IMG/VR virus record: IMGVR_UViG_3300003178_000005
Length of the DNA stretch: 64,000 nt
From: an uncultured virus (IMG/VR IMGVR_UViG_3300003178_000005)
Lineage: Duplodnaviria; Heunggongvirae; Uroviricota; Caudoviricetes
Strand: one strand, 5' to 3'
Under the pieces are notes generated by a model. It worked only from the letters and a program-made list of their open reading frames with translations. It did not search any database and had not been told where the DNA came from. Positions within the stretch are counted from its first letter, which is position 1, and every line of letters starts with the position of its first letter. This document shows positions 41,609 through 52,375 of the stretch, piece after piece. A program made the position numbers and the translations under genes.

Positions 41609-42925
41609 CTATAAAAAAGTTCTTGTGTAGGACATGAAATTTGCCATACTTTTTACTGCTATTATATCTACTTTTTGGTAAGGCAAAGAGTTTGCAGGAA
41701 GTGATTCGTGTATTACACCCCAGTTTTTTGCCGCTATAATTTCTTCTCCAACATGAGTGTTGACCCTTCTTTCAGCTGTATAAAACACAAACCTCAATTG
41801 GTCCTTATTTGATGCCGGAACATCGTCAAAAATCCTTGTTGGTGATAACTCATATGTGTTGCCGTTTTCGTCTTTCCATAGCTCATCAACATCAAACTCA
41901 TCTTCTTTTTTACCTATTGGTATCTCATATGAACCTATTCCTCCAGAAATAACACGAGATACCACCAGTGCTTGTGGCTTTTTATACCTTTTTATTATTC
42001 CGGCAGGTGACAGTATATTTTTATATGCATCTGGCCTGTCCAAATTTATTGGGGGATAATACCCAGAACTCTTTGAGTACACATTGTCAAAGGTCGTCTG
42101 AAGCAAGTCATCCTTAAAGCTTGTGCTGACTTTCTTTATCTGTGCTTGTGCCTGCTGCCCCGGCTCAACATCATCAGCATTGAATTGATATAACGACACA
42201 CTATCTGGAGTCAGCGTTAGATATATGACCGAATCGCCTATCTCATATGACTCTATTGAGTATACGCCACTTGAATCAAGTGAATCAAAGCTGCTGCTAA
42301 AACTTTTCAAATCATCAAATACCTGCTCAATCAGTATTACTGCAGAGCCATCAGCTTCTATTTCCCTTATTGTAAAATCACCAAAACCATGAGAACCGTT
42401 ATCGTCATTAAATGATATTATCTCATAATCTTCCATGTTTTCAGGAGAGCCTATTATCGTAAAGTGTTGGATTTTTACTGGAATTGTAAGGCACATACCT
42501 TTGTATGAGATTGTTTTTGATGAGAATATTACAGAGCCACCTATATTTAGCGCCGCAGCAATATATATCGTGTCGCTATTTAACTTGAGGACGGTTATTA
42601 TCGTAACTTGACTTCCGTCAACCCCAGTTATACCAAAGAACTCGTCAAGCGTTCTATCTGCAACAGAAAAAAGAGTTCCTTCCTTGAAGATGCAAGCACC
42701 TATAGATTCATTTGTCGCATAAAAATTGAATCCCATGCACTCATGTATACATGAGAATCTAAGGGATATGCTTTGATATCCTTGTGTTACAGGGTGGTAT
42801 GTGATATAGCCCATATTATTGTCTACTATCACAGTTGGCGGCTCAACAATGACACACATTTCACACCCTATCGTGTGACGAAGCGGTTTTGGGTCAGGTG
42901 TACACCCGCAAAGAAAATCAGCCAT
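41609..42925 (-). CDS. Hypothetical virion protein
   Basis: Start MADFLCGC after GGGAG. Confidence 0.7.
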   Translation of the reverse strand: MADFLCGCTPDPKPLRHTIGCEMCVIVEPPTVIVDNNMGYITYHPVTQGYQSISLRFSCIHECMGFNFYATNESIGACIFKEGTLFSVADRTLDEFFGITGVDGSQVTIITVLKLNSDTIYIAAALNIGGSVIFSSKTISYKGMCLTIPVKIQHFTIIGSPENMEDYEIISFNDDNGSHGFGDFTIREIEADGSAVILIEQVFDDLKSFSSSFDSLDSSGVYSIESYEIGDSVIYLTLTPDSVSLYQFNADDVEPGQQAQAQIKKVSTSFKDDLLQTTFDNVYSKSSGYYPPINLDRPDAYKNILSPAGIIKRYKKPQALVVSRVISGGIGSYEIPIGKKEDEFDVDELWKDENGNTYELSPTRIFDDVPASNKDQLRFVFYTAERRVNTHVGEEIIAAKNWGVIHESLPANSLPYQKVDIIAVKSMANFMSYTRTFL

Positions 42926-44774
42926 TATAATCAAACTCCCTTAACTGCATATATGTAAAATCTGATGTCGAAATTCTAAAATTTGTTATATTTACGGTTG
43001 AGAACATATCTTTAAATTTTATTTTTACTCTAATTTTCATGAAATCAGATATAAGCACCCTTAGTGCGCTATCAGTTCTAACGGAGTACACGAATTCATC
43101 TTTGTTTATTGGAAGTTTGAATGTCCCTTGCGATATTCTATCTTCGCCTATATCAACAACAGTTTCATTGCCATATTCATCAACTTCAACCTTTTTTTTA
43201 GACACAAATGTGTCTGGTCCTGGGCCAGTTGTGTCTATTGCTCTATTCATTGATGGTATCATTGGAATATAATGGTATATCCCGTCAAAAGGAGCCTTGT
43301 GATTTTTGTCATAAAATTCACTAAAGTCTCTAACTCTATACGGGGAACTGCTTGTTGTAACAGAATTTCTAAGCTCTCGCCTTCTGTCTTTTATTTGTTC
43401 GCTATATATATTCATGAAATCATCAAGAGTCCATCCCTGTTCAGACAGGAAGTCGCCAAATCTCATAAAATACCTGTGTTCATTGCCCGTCCCGTCTTTA
43501 AAAATATATTTTCCGCCTATCTTGCCATGTGAGTGTTCAACTGAATAAAATGCATCTGCTGGAGTTACTCCAGTTGGCCCTTCAGCAATATTTCTGTACG
43601 CACTACTATTTATATAGCTTTCTCCGAGAGACTCAAACCCATTATTGTATATAACCATAAACTCATGCTCTGGCAACTCCCCTGGTGGCCATGGCTTGTC
43701 ATTTATAATTGCATCATCCCATAGAGCTCTTTCTTCTGTTTGTTCAGGAAGAAAATCACCATACGCAAAATGCACACAATTGCCGTCGTCGTCATATGAA
43801 ATACAATGTTTTGGTCCAAGAAGCTCCTCAAGGATATGCTCGTCACGCTGGAATATTCTTCGTGTATCAGTCTTTGCAATATCGGTATGGCCCTTTACTG
43901 TCATCTCATCGGCAGTGTATCTGTATATATAGTGAGACCTTGCTCCCTTGTACCATGACCTAAAGGTATTGTATACGAATGTCTTATTGAGCCTGTACTC
44001 AAGCCATGTTACGTCGTATCCACCGTATCTCCACCTATAGTCCATTATAGATTTCTGCTCTGGATATATATTATTTATATAGTTAAAGCATAAATTCGTA
44101 TCACCATAGCTATAATATCCACGGGTAAGATATCTCCGTGTCAATATTCCAACAATATACTCATTGTACATAAGTTGATTGAAGATGCTTTCTCTTTGCT
44201 CTCCGCCTGGTTCCATAAAGAAGTCTGTAAGAAAGTTATAGTATCCTTCAGGTGGCCTTGTTTCCTGACCCCACCAGCCGCTAGGCTTAAACTCCCATGA
44301 CGACATATTCTCTCTGCATGATGGGTATTTACAGCTTGTCTCGATTACTCTATCAGGCTCACATGCGCAAATCCTAAACCACTCAGTATTTGTCTCCATA
44401 TGCGGCATAGATATAAACTCAAGAACATGATATAACTGCTTATTCATCATTGACAACAAAAGGTTTCTAATAAAACCAAAATCATCAAATATAGTTTCTA
44501 TCTCTATTGTGTCTATGTTGTCATAGTTTCTAAATGGCACACCCTGGTTTACCTCAACAAAGTCGAAGCCAAAAGATAAAAACTCCTCTTCAAGGTGAAG
44601 TATTGTCCCGTATCTCTTGTCTCCTTCTTGCCTATGTTTTATTGCAACATAAAACTCAAGCTCGTCACCTCTTTCTATGTCAACATGCGAATCACTAAAG
44701 ATTTCATACTTTAGATTCTCGTCATGGAAAAGAGCAACACCATTTGTTGTCAGGTCCTCTATTGCCCTGAGCAT
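42918..44774 (-). CDS. Virion protein, 'FxDxxL' paralogue family
   Basis: GVALFHDENLKYEI N-terminal motif. Confidence 0.7.
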   Translation of the reverse strand: MLRAIEDLTTNGVALFHDENLKYEIFSDSHVDIERGDELEFYVAIKHRQEGDKRYGTILHLEEEFLSFGFDFVEVNQGVPFRNYDNIDTIEIETIFDDFGFIRNLLLSMMNKQLYHVLEFISMPHMETNTEWFRICACEPDRVIETSCKYPSCRENMSSWEFKPSGWWGQETRPPEGYYNFLTDFFMEPGGEQRESIFNQLMYNEYIVGILTRRYLTRGYYSYGDTNLCFNYINNIYPEQKSIMDYRWRYGGYDVTWLEYRLNKTFVYNTFRSWYKGARSHYIYRYTADEMTVKGHTDIAKTDTRRIFQRDEHILEELLGPKHCISYDDDGNCVHFAYGDFLPEQTEERALWDDAIINDKPWPPGELPEHEFMVIYNNGFESLGESYINSSAYRNIAEGPTGVTPADAFYSVEHSHGKIGGKYIFKDGTGNEHRYFMRFGDFLSEQGWTLDDFMNIYSEQIKDRRRELRNSVTTSSSPYRVRDFSEFYDKNHKAPFDGIYHYIPMIPSMNRAIDTTGPGPDTFVSKKKVEVDEYGNETVVDIGEDRISQGTFKLPINKDEFVYSVRTDSALRVLISDFMKIRVKIKFKDMFSTVNITNFRISTSDFTYMQLREFDYNG

Positions 44775-44778
44775 AAAA

Positions 44779-46560
44779 TCACCTCGGAACTTCTATAGAG
44801 AAGCCTGGATTTGCAGAGTCATTTCTTGTTATTTTTCTATAATATGAATCATATGATGTCTGATATACGTTATCGCCGCTTCTATAGCATATATAGCCGT
44901 TCCAGACCAGCGTAAAAGACGAAGTATTTGGAATTCTTACAATGAGCGTTCTTCCGCTTGTGTTTCTGAATCCAGGTTTATTGCCGTCGCCGTTATAATA
45001 TCCCCAGTTTCCGCTGTTTATTATATCTTGCTTTATCTTTAATGGAAGGTCCGGGTCCATCTCCATGGCATCAACTTTGACCTGAGAGCCTGGGAAGAGA
45101 GTAATCATTGGGAACACTGGCTCCTCACTTGTTAATTGGTTTTTGAATTTTACACGAATTCTTATTGTTGAACCAGCATACAAGAAGTTGTGCCAGTACA
45201 CTCTTGATGGATAGCTACAACAACAGGTATATGTGCTTCCAGACCTTTGCCCTGTATTTTTTACAAAAAATCTGCCGTCACTATCTTCTGCAATTTTCCA
45301 CCAAAAATCCCAATACTTAGTTGCCCCATTGCAGATAACTAAGTAGGCGCCTCCGTTTGCCAATACATCAAGACTTACTCTATCCGTCACTGGGTCAATA
45401 ACATTCACGTCAGGAATATAGTCTGTTGATGCCCATGTCATCAACGCAGTCCTTCTCTCTTTTCTGTCAAACAGCAAGTTGAACGCATTTTCAGTGCCAC
45501 TATTGAAATATAATGTCTCTTGCTTAACCCCCTGCTCGTTTGTCTCCGGGTCAACCGAAACTCCTATAACACTATTTGCGTTGGAATCGTTTGACTTTAG
45601 CGCCAGCCCGTCATATACTCCATATAGCTCTATAGATTCCACATTGCTAAGGTCAAGAATCAAGCTCTCTACGCCACCTATTGCTATATTTGGCCTATGC
45701 TCTTCGAGCTTTTCACCGTTAATAACAATTGATAATACTCCATCTGAATAGTCAAGCCCAAAATCATGCCATTTATGTATGCCGAAATTTGGAACCTCTA
45801 TTGCATATGTGACACTGTTTCCTATGTAAGGGAAGCATTCTACATAAAAAGTTTCATTAGAGGCATCATATCTTATGTCAAATGTGTTCTTGTTGCTATA
45901 AAGTACAAAGTCCTTATACTCCTCGAAAAAAAACCGTATATTAAATGAGACGCTAGTCTCTGAATGGTGCTGCTCTATTCGTATGTTTTCATCTCCACCG
46001 TGCATAATTGTAGAGTTTGTCGTTTTCCCTGCGCCAATTTCAAAAAATCCACTTTTTACAGCTACACCGCCATCACTCGTGAAGTTCTGTATAACTTGCG
46101 TCGAGTCAGAAAAGTTGTAATAAAAATATAATTTGTCATCAATCGCTTCTTGCTCTGATTCATACATTGCAGAAGGCGGTGTTCCGAACATTGACGTTTT
46201 ATTTGTCTGATAGTTTATGAGTCCAGCGACACCAATACTCCTTCCCCAGTATGCAATCTCTTCTAGTCTCCCATCTATCGCTCCTGTTGGCGTTCCGTCA
46301 CCGCAAACAAATGATGTATTGACTATTCGCTCTTTTCTATATACTCCGCCTATTACACCTGGGACTGGTTTATGAATAAAAAGTCTATTGCTGTACCACT
46401 TACCGTTCTCATGTTGTTCAGGTTTACACACATAGCATACGTCTATCGTGCTACCAGGCGTAACCTTGAAGGTGTCACCTTCTTTTATTGGATTTTTCCC
46501 TTGAGCATCCCAGCAAGCAACCCAGCCAAGCTCCTCAAGTGTAGACGGCTTTACAATCAT
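44779..46560 (-). CDS. LamG-like domain virion protein
   Basis: IDGRLEEIAYW, YYNFSD, KWHDFGLDYSDGVLSIVING. Confidence 0.65.
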   Translation of the reverse strand: MIVKPSTLEELGWVACWDAQGKNPIKEGDTFKVTPGSTIDVCYVCKPEQHENGKWYSNRLFIHKPVPGVIGGVYRKERIVNTSFVCGDGTPTGAIDGRLEEIAYWGRSIGVAGLINYQTNKTSMFGTPPSAMYESEQEAIDDKLYFYYNFSDSTQVIQNFTSDGGVAVKSGFFEIGAGKTTNSTIMHGGDENIRIEQHHSETSVSFNIRFFFEEYKDFVLYSNKNTFDIRYDASNETFYVECFPYIGNSVTYAIEVPNFGIHKWHDFGLDYSDGVLSIVINGEKLEEHRPNIAIGGVESLILDLSNVESIELYGVYDGLALKSNDSNANSVIGVSVDPETNEQGVKQETLYFNSGTENAFNLLFDRKERRTALMTWASTDYIPDVNVIDPVTDRVSLDVLANGGAYLVICNGATKYWDFWWKIAEDSDGRFFVKNTGQRSGSTYTCCCSYPSRVYWHNFLYAGSTIRIRVKFKNQLTSEEPVFPMITLFPGSQVKVDAMEMDPDLPLKIKQDIINSGNWGYYNGDGNKPGFRNTSGRTLIVRIPNTSSFTLVWNGYICYRSGDNVYQTSYDSYYRKITRNDSANPGFSIEVPR

Positions 46561-46572
46561 AAACCTCTCCCG

Positions 46573-47256
46573 TTAAGTAAGTTTTGTTTCAGTGATTTGC
46601 GCAATAGTATCAGACATCGTAAACAGGTTTATCCCTCTTTGGTCATCTGTGAAGTCATATGCGAGGTCGAAAGTTATTGTAATCTTGATGGCATTTTCTC
46701 TACCAGAAGATATTGCTTTCAAGAATCTGTCACCATTTGTGCTAACAACTGAACATATATATTCATTCTGGTTTAGAACAACCGATGTTGTGTTGTATGC
46801 TGAAACTGTTCTATCCGCAGCGCCTTCTTTTTTTATTAGGTATTTTACTGCATCATCATACGCAAAAACAAATGCAGTTCTAACCAGAGTTCCGTCGTTT
46901 GTCATTGCTGTGTCAGGACTATAGTATTCGGAAATCTTTTCAGGGTCTGTGATACAGTTTTGGTTAAAATATCCGTATGGACCTTTTATATCCCAAGTGA
47001 TATTGACGACACCATCCCATTTTCTTTCACCAAACCTATCAATTGGCTCAATAAATAAAATTGGAGGACCAGCAACAAACTCTATTTTCTTCCTGGTTCT
47101 TTCACCGTCTTTCAAGTAGTCTCTCATGCCAAGATACATTACGCACTGTCCAGTAGCAGGGTCTACACGGACGGAGTTGTCCGCCGTTATCTCATAATGT
47201 AGGTCAGGGTCGTGGAAAAATCTCATTCCTTCATCAAATAAACTTACTGTTTGCAT
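46573..47256 (-). CDS. Virion protein, 'FxDxxL' paralogue family
   Basis: GMRFFHDPDLHYEI. Confidence 0.7.
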   Translation of the reverse strand: MQTVSLFDEGMRFFHDPDLHYEITADNSVRVDPATGQCVMYLGMRDYLKDGERTRKKIEFVAGPPILFIEPIDRFGERKWDGVVNITWDIKGPYGYFNQNCITDPEKISEYYSPDTAMTNDGTLVRTAFVFAYDDAVKYLIKKEGAADRTVSAYNTTSVVLNQNEYICSVVSTNGDRFLKAISSGRENAIKITITFDLAYDFTDDQRGINLFTMSDTIAQITETKLT

Positions 47257-47447
47257 TATTTAATTCCTCGCTTTATTCTATCTGATTGTTTTGCAGCAGC
47301 CATTGCAAGACCTTTATATGATTTTGCGGCACCTGTCTTCCCAGCAAGCTTTAATCGTCTTGCCTTGTTCATGATATTGGCAATGTCAGAATGGTCTGCA
47401 TATCTGCCAATATATGATATGTCGAACATTTTTTTAGCAGAAGGCAT
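47256..47447 (-). CDS. Small basic protein
   Basis: 63 aa, GGAG RBS, coupled to neighbours. Confidence 0.6.
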   Translation of the reverse strand: MPSAKKMFDISYIGRYADHSDIANIMNKARRLKLAGKTGAAKSYKGLAMAAAKQSDRIKRGIK

Positions 47448-47448
47448 A

Positions 47449-48227
47449 CTATAGCTCCACTTTCTCTGCTAGAACATTTTTTAGGCCGAAAATTTTAAGC
47501 ATAAAATTGAAGTCTTGGCCACTTCCAGTATATCCGTCAGGAATCTTGAATGTTATATCCATTCTAATCTTGTTTCCAACACCGGACTGAAGAGTTCTTA
47601 GTCTAGGAATGATATCGTTAGCCTGTACATCGTCGTTGTCTTCATTCGGATATGTATATGCCCAAAAGTCTTTCACATACCAACCATCAGTCGGAAGAGA
47701 GTCACCATGATTAAATGTTGTATATCTATCTGGGTGAGTAATAGAGCTTCCATATCTCCTCCAGCTTCTGCGTTTGTCGAGGTAGACCATCCAAACTTAA
47801 ACTCACCAATATTGAAATTACAATACATCACATAGTCGTCAACGGTGGTGATACGCTTATCTGTCTCGTCATTGTAATAGAAGTTTGCCACTGGGTTATT
47901 TGGGTTAAGCTCGATAACATCATCCTCATCCGGCGCTGTAACAGCAACTGAATCAACGAATTCTACGGCCTGCTCCTCTCTTGTTCCGCCTTGACCATCA
48001 TCAACGAGTCTCACTAGAGTCCAAAGTAGTGTGTCGTTGTCACCAAGTGTAATTTTTGTCCTTGTGTATTTCTTTGTTGCTGGGTCATATGCATCCCAAG
48101 CTCCAAAATACACAGTTACAGTTTGTTGTTGCTGGGAAATACTGTTTAGTGCTATTTTCAGGTCTCCAGCCACCAATTCGTAGTTAAGGTCAGGGTCTTT
48201 AAAAAGTTTGAATCCAAGTGATGTCAT
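47449..48227 (-). pseudogene. Virion protein, 'FxDxxL' family, split at ~47755
   Basis: GFKLFKDPDLNYEL N-terminus. The family C-terminal motif LQSGVGNKIRMDITF is in another frame. TGaTATAAT promoter at 48268-48276. Confidence 0.65.
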
Positions 48228-48284
48228 TATCTTTTTCCTTTTTTTGTTTTGAGATGAATTTTAATGTATTATATCATAAATTGC

Positions 48285-49455
48285 CTATACAAACTCTCCA
48301 GTTTTGTATTTTTTATAGCTATACCATATGAATTTCTTGAGTGATTTTAGTACCAAGCGCATATCATATATAATTTTATTATCATAGAATTCTGGCAACT
48401 TAAACTTCATGTATATCCTTAGAGGAATGTGAACATCGGAGGTTAGCTTAGTCAGCACTGGTATTTTTGTTCCAATCTGAAAATCAATATCCTCCTCGTA
48501 ATTCAGCGTAGTAACTGTGTCTATGGTGAACCCATTATCTATCAGTATTGCCTTATTCTCTATTGGTTCATGATTCTGAAGATAATACCCTTGTGTTGCA
48601 TTGTCGCCAATTACATTCACAACACCAGCCTCATTGATTAAGTAAAAGTTCTTAAATTTACCTCCGAAAAAGTTTGGGATAAATATTCTTGTTGGCTTAG
48701 AGTATGTTAATCCATACGACAATGACGCAGGAACATTCTGCTCTGCTATTGCCTCAACTCCGCCTGGTTTTATCAGCGGAACTATATCATTGTAGTATTT
48801 ATACATTTTTTCATCATCGACCTTTTTGCCGAATATTGCAAACTCCTCTATGTCGCCAGTTTCTGCCTGAGATTATATTTTTATACGATTGTGAAAACAG
48901 AACATTCCCAACACTTTGGACATCATGAACGCCAACTATTTCATTGTCACAAAAAACAGAAATAGTTCCATCTGCCCTTAGTATAGAGAACCTATGAGTA
49001 AATCTAAAGTCAATATTATGAGGAAAGTCTACTATATTGGTGTTTCCATCATTTAGATATATTGATATATTTGATGGAGTTATGTCAACCCTGAATCCGT
49101 AATTAGGCGGCGTATTGTTTGATGTGGACCCAAAATCAATAAGAGTTCCAAATCTGAATTGCGGAAGAGTTGTGAACAGTATCTGAAATTCACTAGTAGA
49201 TATTGGTGTAATAAGCTGCGCAGGGACCTCGATGTATGTATATTTTAAAAATAGCGTGTCGCCGAAAGTTCCATTTGTATTTATTAGTGCGCCTGGTGCG
49301 ACTGCAGTAAGATATTGGCCAGATATTATTTCATACGGACCGTTCCTGTCGTTTTCGCCATATCCATGTATATACATTGAGCACAATTCGTCAGACATCT
49401 CCTGTACGCTCTGAAATACTTGATAGTTATCAAAGCTTCTATCTATTAGGTCCAT
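48285..49455 (-). pseudogene. LamG-domain protein split at ~48860
   Basis: IISGRN, then TGDIEEFAIFGKKVDDEKMYKYY in another frame. Confidence 0.7.
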
Positions 49456-49723
49456 GTCTTCTTTGGTTAGTCTTCTTAACTCTGACGATGGTGTAGATAT
49501 AAAAAAAACTTGGGTATACCGTTATCCCATCTGGAGACATTAGGACTTCATGGTATAGTTTGCCTAATCCGTATAAATATATTGGATTCGCACCAAAATA
49601 ACATGTAAGTTCTGGTGGATTTATTGACACACCGCTAGGATGTTCCTCTATTCTTATCTCAAACCCGTCAGGAATCTTATCTATAAGCCAGCTGTCAAAA
49701 TAAAAGTTCCAATCAAGATTCAT
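49439..49723 (-). CDS. Hypothetical protein
   Basis: 94 aa, coupled to neighbours. Confidence 0.6.
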   Translation of the reverse strand: MNLDWNFYFDSWLIDKIPDGFEIRIEEHPSGVSINPPELTCYFGANPIYLYGLGKLYHEVLMSPDGITVYPSFFYIYTIVRVKKTNQRRHGPNR

Positions 49724-49935
49724 TACTGGTGCTGCTTTCGCCCTTTAGCCCTTGAATTAGCTATCTGATGGGCTATCTTTAGAGTTCTTTGGAACTTTGC
49801 ATAATCTTTTGCGCTCATCATCTTCGGCTTCTTTCCGAGCCTTCTGTTCCTATTAATATAATAAAATGGACCCTTATGTTTTTCGTTTGCTTCCTTAAAA
49901 AGCATAATCTTTGCTCTATTCACATTCAACTCCAT
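49723..49935 (-). CDS. Small basic protein
   Basis: 70 aa, coupled to neighbours. Confidence 0.55.
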   Translation of the reverse strand: MELNVNRAKIMLFKEANEKHKGPFYYINRNRRLGKKPKMMSAKDYAKFQRTLKIAHQIANSRAKGRKQHQ

Positions 49936-50320
49936 ATTTCTTCAATACTTCTTCTTTGGCTGTGTGTATTTCATGGGTGCTACACATTATAAACTCACCT
50001 GCAATTTCACTTATTGTGCCATCAGGGCTATATTTCGGGAATATTGTTCCGAACAACCAGACTATTTTACCATCTTTAGCTTTGAATGGAACATTTCCAG
50101 TCCATACCTTATCACGAACAACCTTCATGATTGCATCCTGGCATATCCCAGACATTGCACACGATGATAAGATATCTGAAGTAAACATTCCGTCGATTTC
50201 ATTCATTAGGTATCCTGTTATGGTCAAAAAGTTATCGTCCGCAAAAATTATTCTTCCAGATACGTCTGCAGATAACTTTACAATTTTAGACCTCACATAT
50301 ATTTCTCTTATCTCATCCAT
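49916..50320 (-). CDS. Stand-alone PAS/PAC domain protein
   Basis: ADVSGRIIFADDNFLTITGYLMNEIDG...VWTGNVPFKAKDGKIVW..TIFP. Confidence 0.8.
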   Translation of the reverse strand: MDEIREIYVRSKIVKLSADVSGRIIFADDNFLTITGYLMNEIDGMFTSDILSSCAMSGICQDAIMKVVRDKVWTGNVPFKAKDGKIVWLFGTIFPKYSPDGTISEIAGEFIMCSTHEIHTAKEEVLKKYGVECE

Positions 50321-50335
50321 TCCTTCTCCTTGCAA

Positions 50336-51076
50336 TTATGGTACCAGGGCGCTATTCTTGTTGGCTATCTTAATTCCGCCATCCTCAAGCTTCTTTATAT
50401 ACACAAAAGGATTGGTTTCCTGTGAGTAATTTTTAAAATAAAATCCATTTTCAATATCAAATATAGAATTGTATACTTTTGCTCTTTCCAGCATTGGGAA
50501 AAAGTCAAATTCAGACACAGAAAGGATACATAAGTCTGTCAGGCATAGTGGAGGCTTACTCGTTTCATTGTTTAGGCTATCAATCTCGTACAGCTGAAAC
50601 TTTAAAGTATCAATCATTTCTATTATTACATTTGCAATTGTAGAGAACGCCTCTATATCACTAAACCCTTCAACACTTTTTATTACTTTCGTAATTAGGC
50701 TTATTTGTGATTCGTGGATTAGTCGCCATGGCGTGGAGACTTTTTCTGAAAATATATCGGAGTGCTTGTTTATTAGAGATAAGATATATGCGTCCAGTTC
50801 GTTGACTGATTTCATTGAGAATTCTACGGCATTTTTGTTGAAAATGCTATCATCATCTCTTATTAGGTAATTTTCCATCTGTATCAGCCATGCAAATGTT
50901 GTATCCATAATCAGTATTGCTAGCTCTCTTGATGTTTTTGAAAATTTAAATTTGCCATGGACCATTTCAGAAAGGACAAAAGATTGCGAGCCCTTATACC
51001 TTTCAAGTAGCTTAGATGAAATAACTCTAAACTGTATATTGTTCTCCGTGAAGTCCCTGAAGTCAATCGTCATCAT
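50336..51076 (-). CDS. Hypothetical helical protein (possible degenerate CZB-like domain)
   Basis: 246 aa, directly upstream of the PAS gene. Confidence 0.6.
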   Translation of the reverse strand: MMTIDFRDFTENNIQFRVISSKLLERYKGSQSFVLSEMVHGKFKFSKTSRELAILIMDTTFAWLIQMENYLIRDDDSIFNKNAVEFSMKSVNELDAYILSLINKHSDIFSEKVSTPWRLIHESQISLITKVIKSVEGFSDIEAFSTIANVIIEMIDTLKFQLYEIDSLNNETSKPPLCLTDLCILSVSEFDFFPMLERAKVYNSIFDIENGFYFKNYSQETNPFVYIKKLEDGGIKIANKNSALVP

Positions 51077-51476
51077 GAATTATCCTTCTTTTCGATTTTC
51101 CACCAGAATAAGAAGAGCCAAGAAGCATTCCGTGTAATTCAAATGTGTTTGCTTGAAGGTCTTTAAGGTACCTATCGAACCTATCAAGCTCCCTTCTGAG
51201 CTGAGAGTGAGACTCGCCAGACTCTATCTTCATTTCCAGCAATAGGCTCTCTAGCTCCTGGACCTTGTTGTCTATTGCGCTCGCCTTTTCTATAACTTTT
51301 GTTGCATTTGAGCATGTTAGTGAGCCGCAAGACGCTTTCCATAGGTATATTCTTCTTCCAGCATATAGAACTATTCCGGCAAGGACAATAAAATTTATTA
51401 TAACCATATCCCTATGCTCTATTTTAAGAGCTTCGAGTATCTGGTTCACTAAGCCTATTTCTTCATTAGGGTGCAT
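51063..51476 (-). CDS. Single-TM coiled-coil protein (holin-like/lysis associated)
   Basis: MVIINFIVLAGIVLYAG TM plus coiled coil. Confidence 0.55.
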   Translation of the reverse strand: MHPNEEIGLVNQILEALKIEHRDMVIINFIVLAGIVLYAGRRIYLWKASCGSLTCSNATKVIEKASAIDNKVQELESLLLEMKIESGESHSQLRRELDRFDRYLKDLQANTFELHGMLLGSSYSGGKSKRRIIHDDD

Positions 51477-51559
51477 ATTGCCCTCTCCATAGTTTTTAAT
51501 GAATTATACAATAATTTTATGGCCAAGGGCAAAAGATTAAGTAGAGAGAGTATAGGTTG

Positions 51560-51820
51560 TTATTTTATTTTGTTGATTTTATCAACGTGTGCGTTAAACC
51601 TCTTTTTTGACTTAAGAAAAGACTCTATTTTGCCAACATCACCCCATGATATTGCGCCGTGCGTAGAGTTTAAGTCTTCAACCCTGATTGAGAGTTTTGT
51701 ATTAAATTTAGGACATTCGCATTTTACTGTTTCTGCTCTTACTGTATGAACATCGGGCTGATGCCCGCATCCAGATATAAAAAGAGAAAGAGCAATCATA
51801 TGAAGATAATATTTACTCAT
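51560..51820 (-). CDS. Lipoprotein, putative o-spanin (Rz1-like)
   Basis: Lipobox FISG-C, Cys/Pro content, follows i-spanin-like gene. Confidence 0.65.
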   Translation of the reverse strand: MSKYYLHMIALSLFISGCGHQPDVHTVRAETVKCECPKFNTKLSIRVEDLNSTHGAISWGDVGKIESFLKSKKRFNAHVDKINKIK

Positions 51821-52095
51821 CCTTCTATCGTCCTTCCACCTATCTTTGGGTTTATTGCATCAAGCTCTGCGGAAATTTCATCAATAGACTGTTCAAGTTC
51901 TGCACGAATGCGCTCTTTCTCACGCTCGCACTCAACTTTGGATGCTCTTATTTTTGATTCAAGAACACGGACCTGCTCTTCTAGAACATCAATGTTTTTT
52001 TGGGTATCTTTGATTCCCTTGTTTTTGAAGTACTCTGTGATATACGAGGCGAAGTCACCAACTCCGCCAAGAAAAGACATAATACTAGACAGCAT
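51817..52095 (-). CDS. Putative i-spanin (Rz-like)
   Basis: Hydrophobic N-terminus plus coiled coil. Confidence 0.55.
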   Translation of the reverse strand: MLSSIMSFLGGVGDFASYITEYFKNKGIKDTQKNIDVLEEQVRVLESKIRASKVECEREKERIRAELEQSIDEISAELDAINPKIGGRTIEG

Positions 52096-52331
52096 TACTT
52101 TTTCTCACCAGCCTGTGATTTCAGAATAAATACTGCAGCTTCGATAGCAAGATTTATTGCAAAAGTTGCGATATCCCCAAAAAGCTCTTTGGCTTGTTTC
52201 ATGGCAATTTCTCGCTTTTTATCGCCTGGTGCATCAACATCCGCAAGGCCATATACAATCTCTTTGATTTTATTAAAGACGTCTCCTCCGAGAAGCCAAG
52301 CGATAACTTTATTAAGTAGATATGTTTTCAT
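52095..52331 (-). CDS. Putative holin
   Basis: GDKKREIA...INLAIEAAV pattern. TGaTATAAT promoter at 52362-52370. Confidence 0.55.
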   Translation of the reverse strand: MKTYLLNKVIAWLLGGDVFNKIKEIVYGLADVDAPGDKKREIAMKQAKELFGDIATFAINLAIEAAVFILKSQAGEKK

Positions 52332-52375
52332 GTTTTACTCCATTTGTTTTGTTGTTCATGTATTATATCACATTT

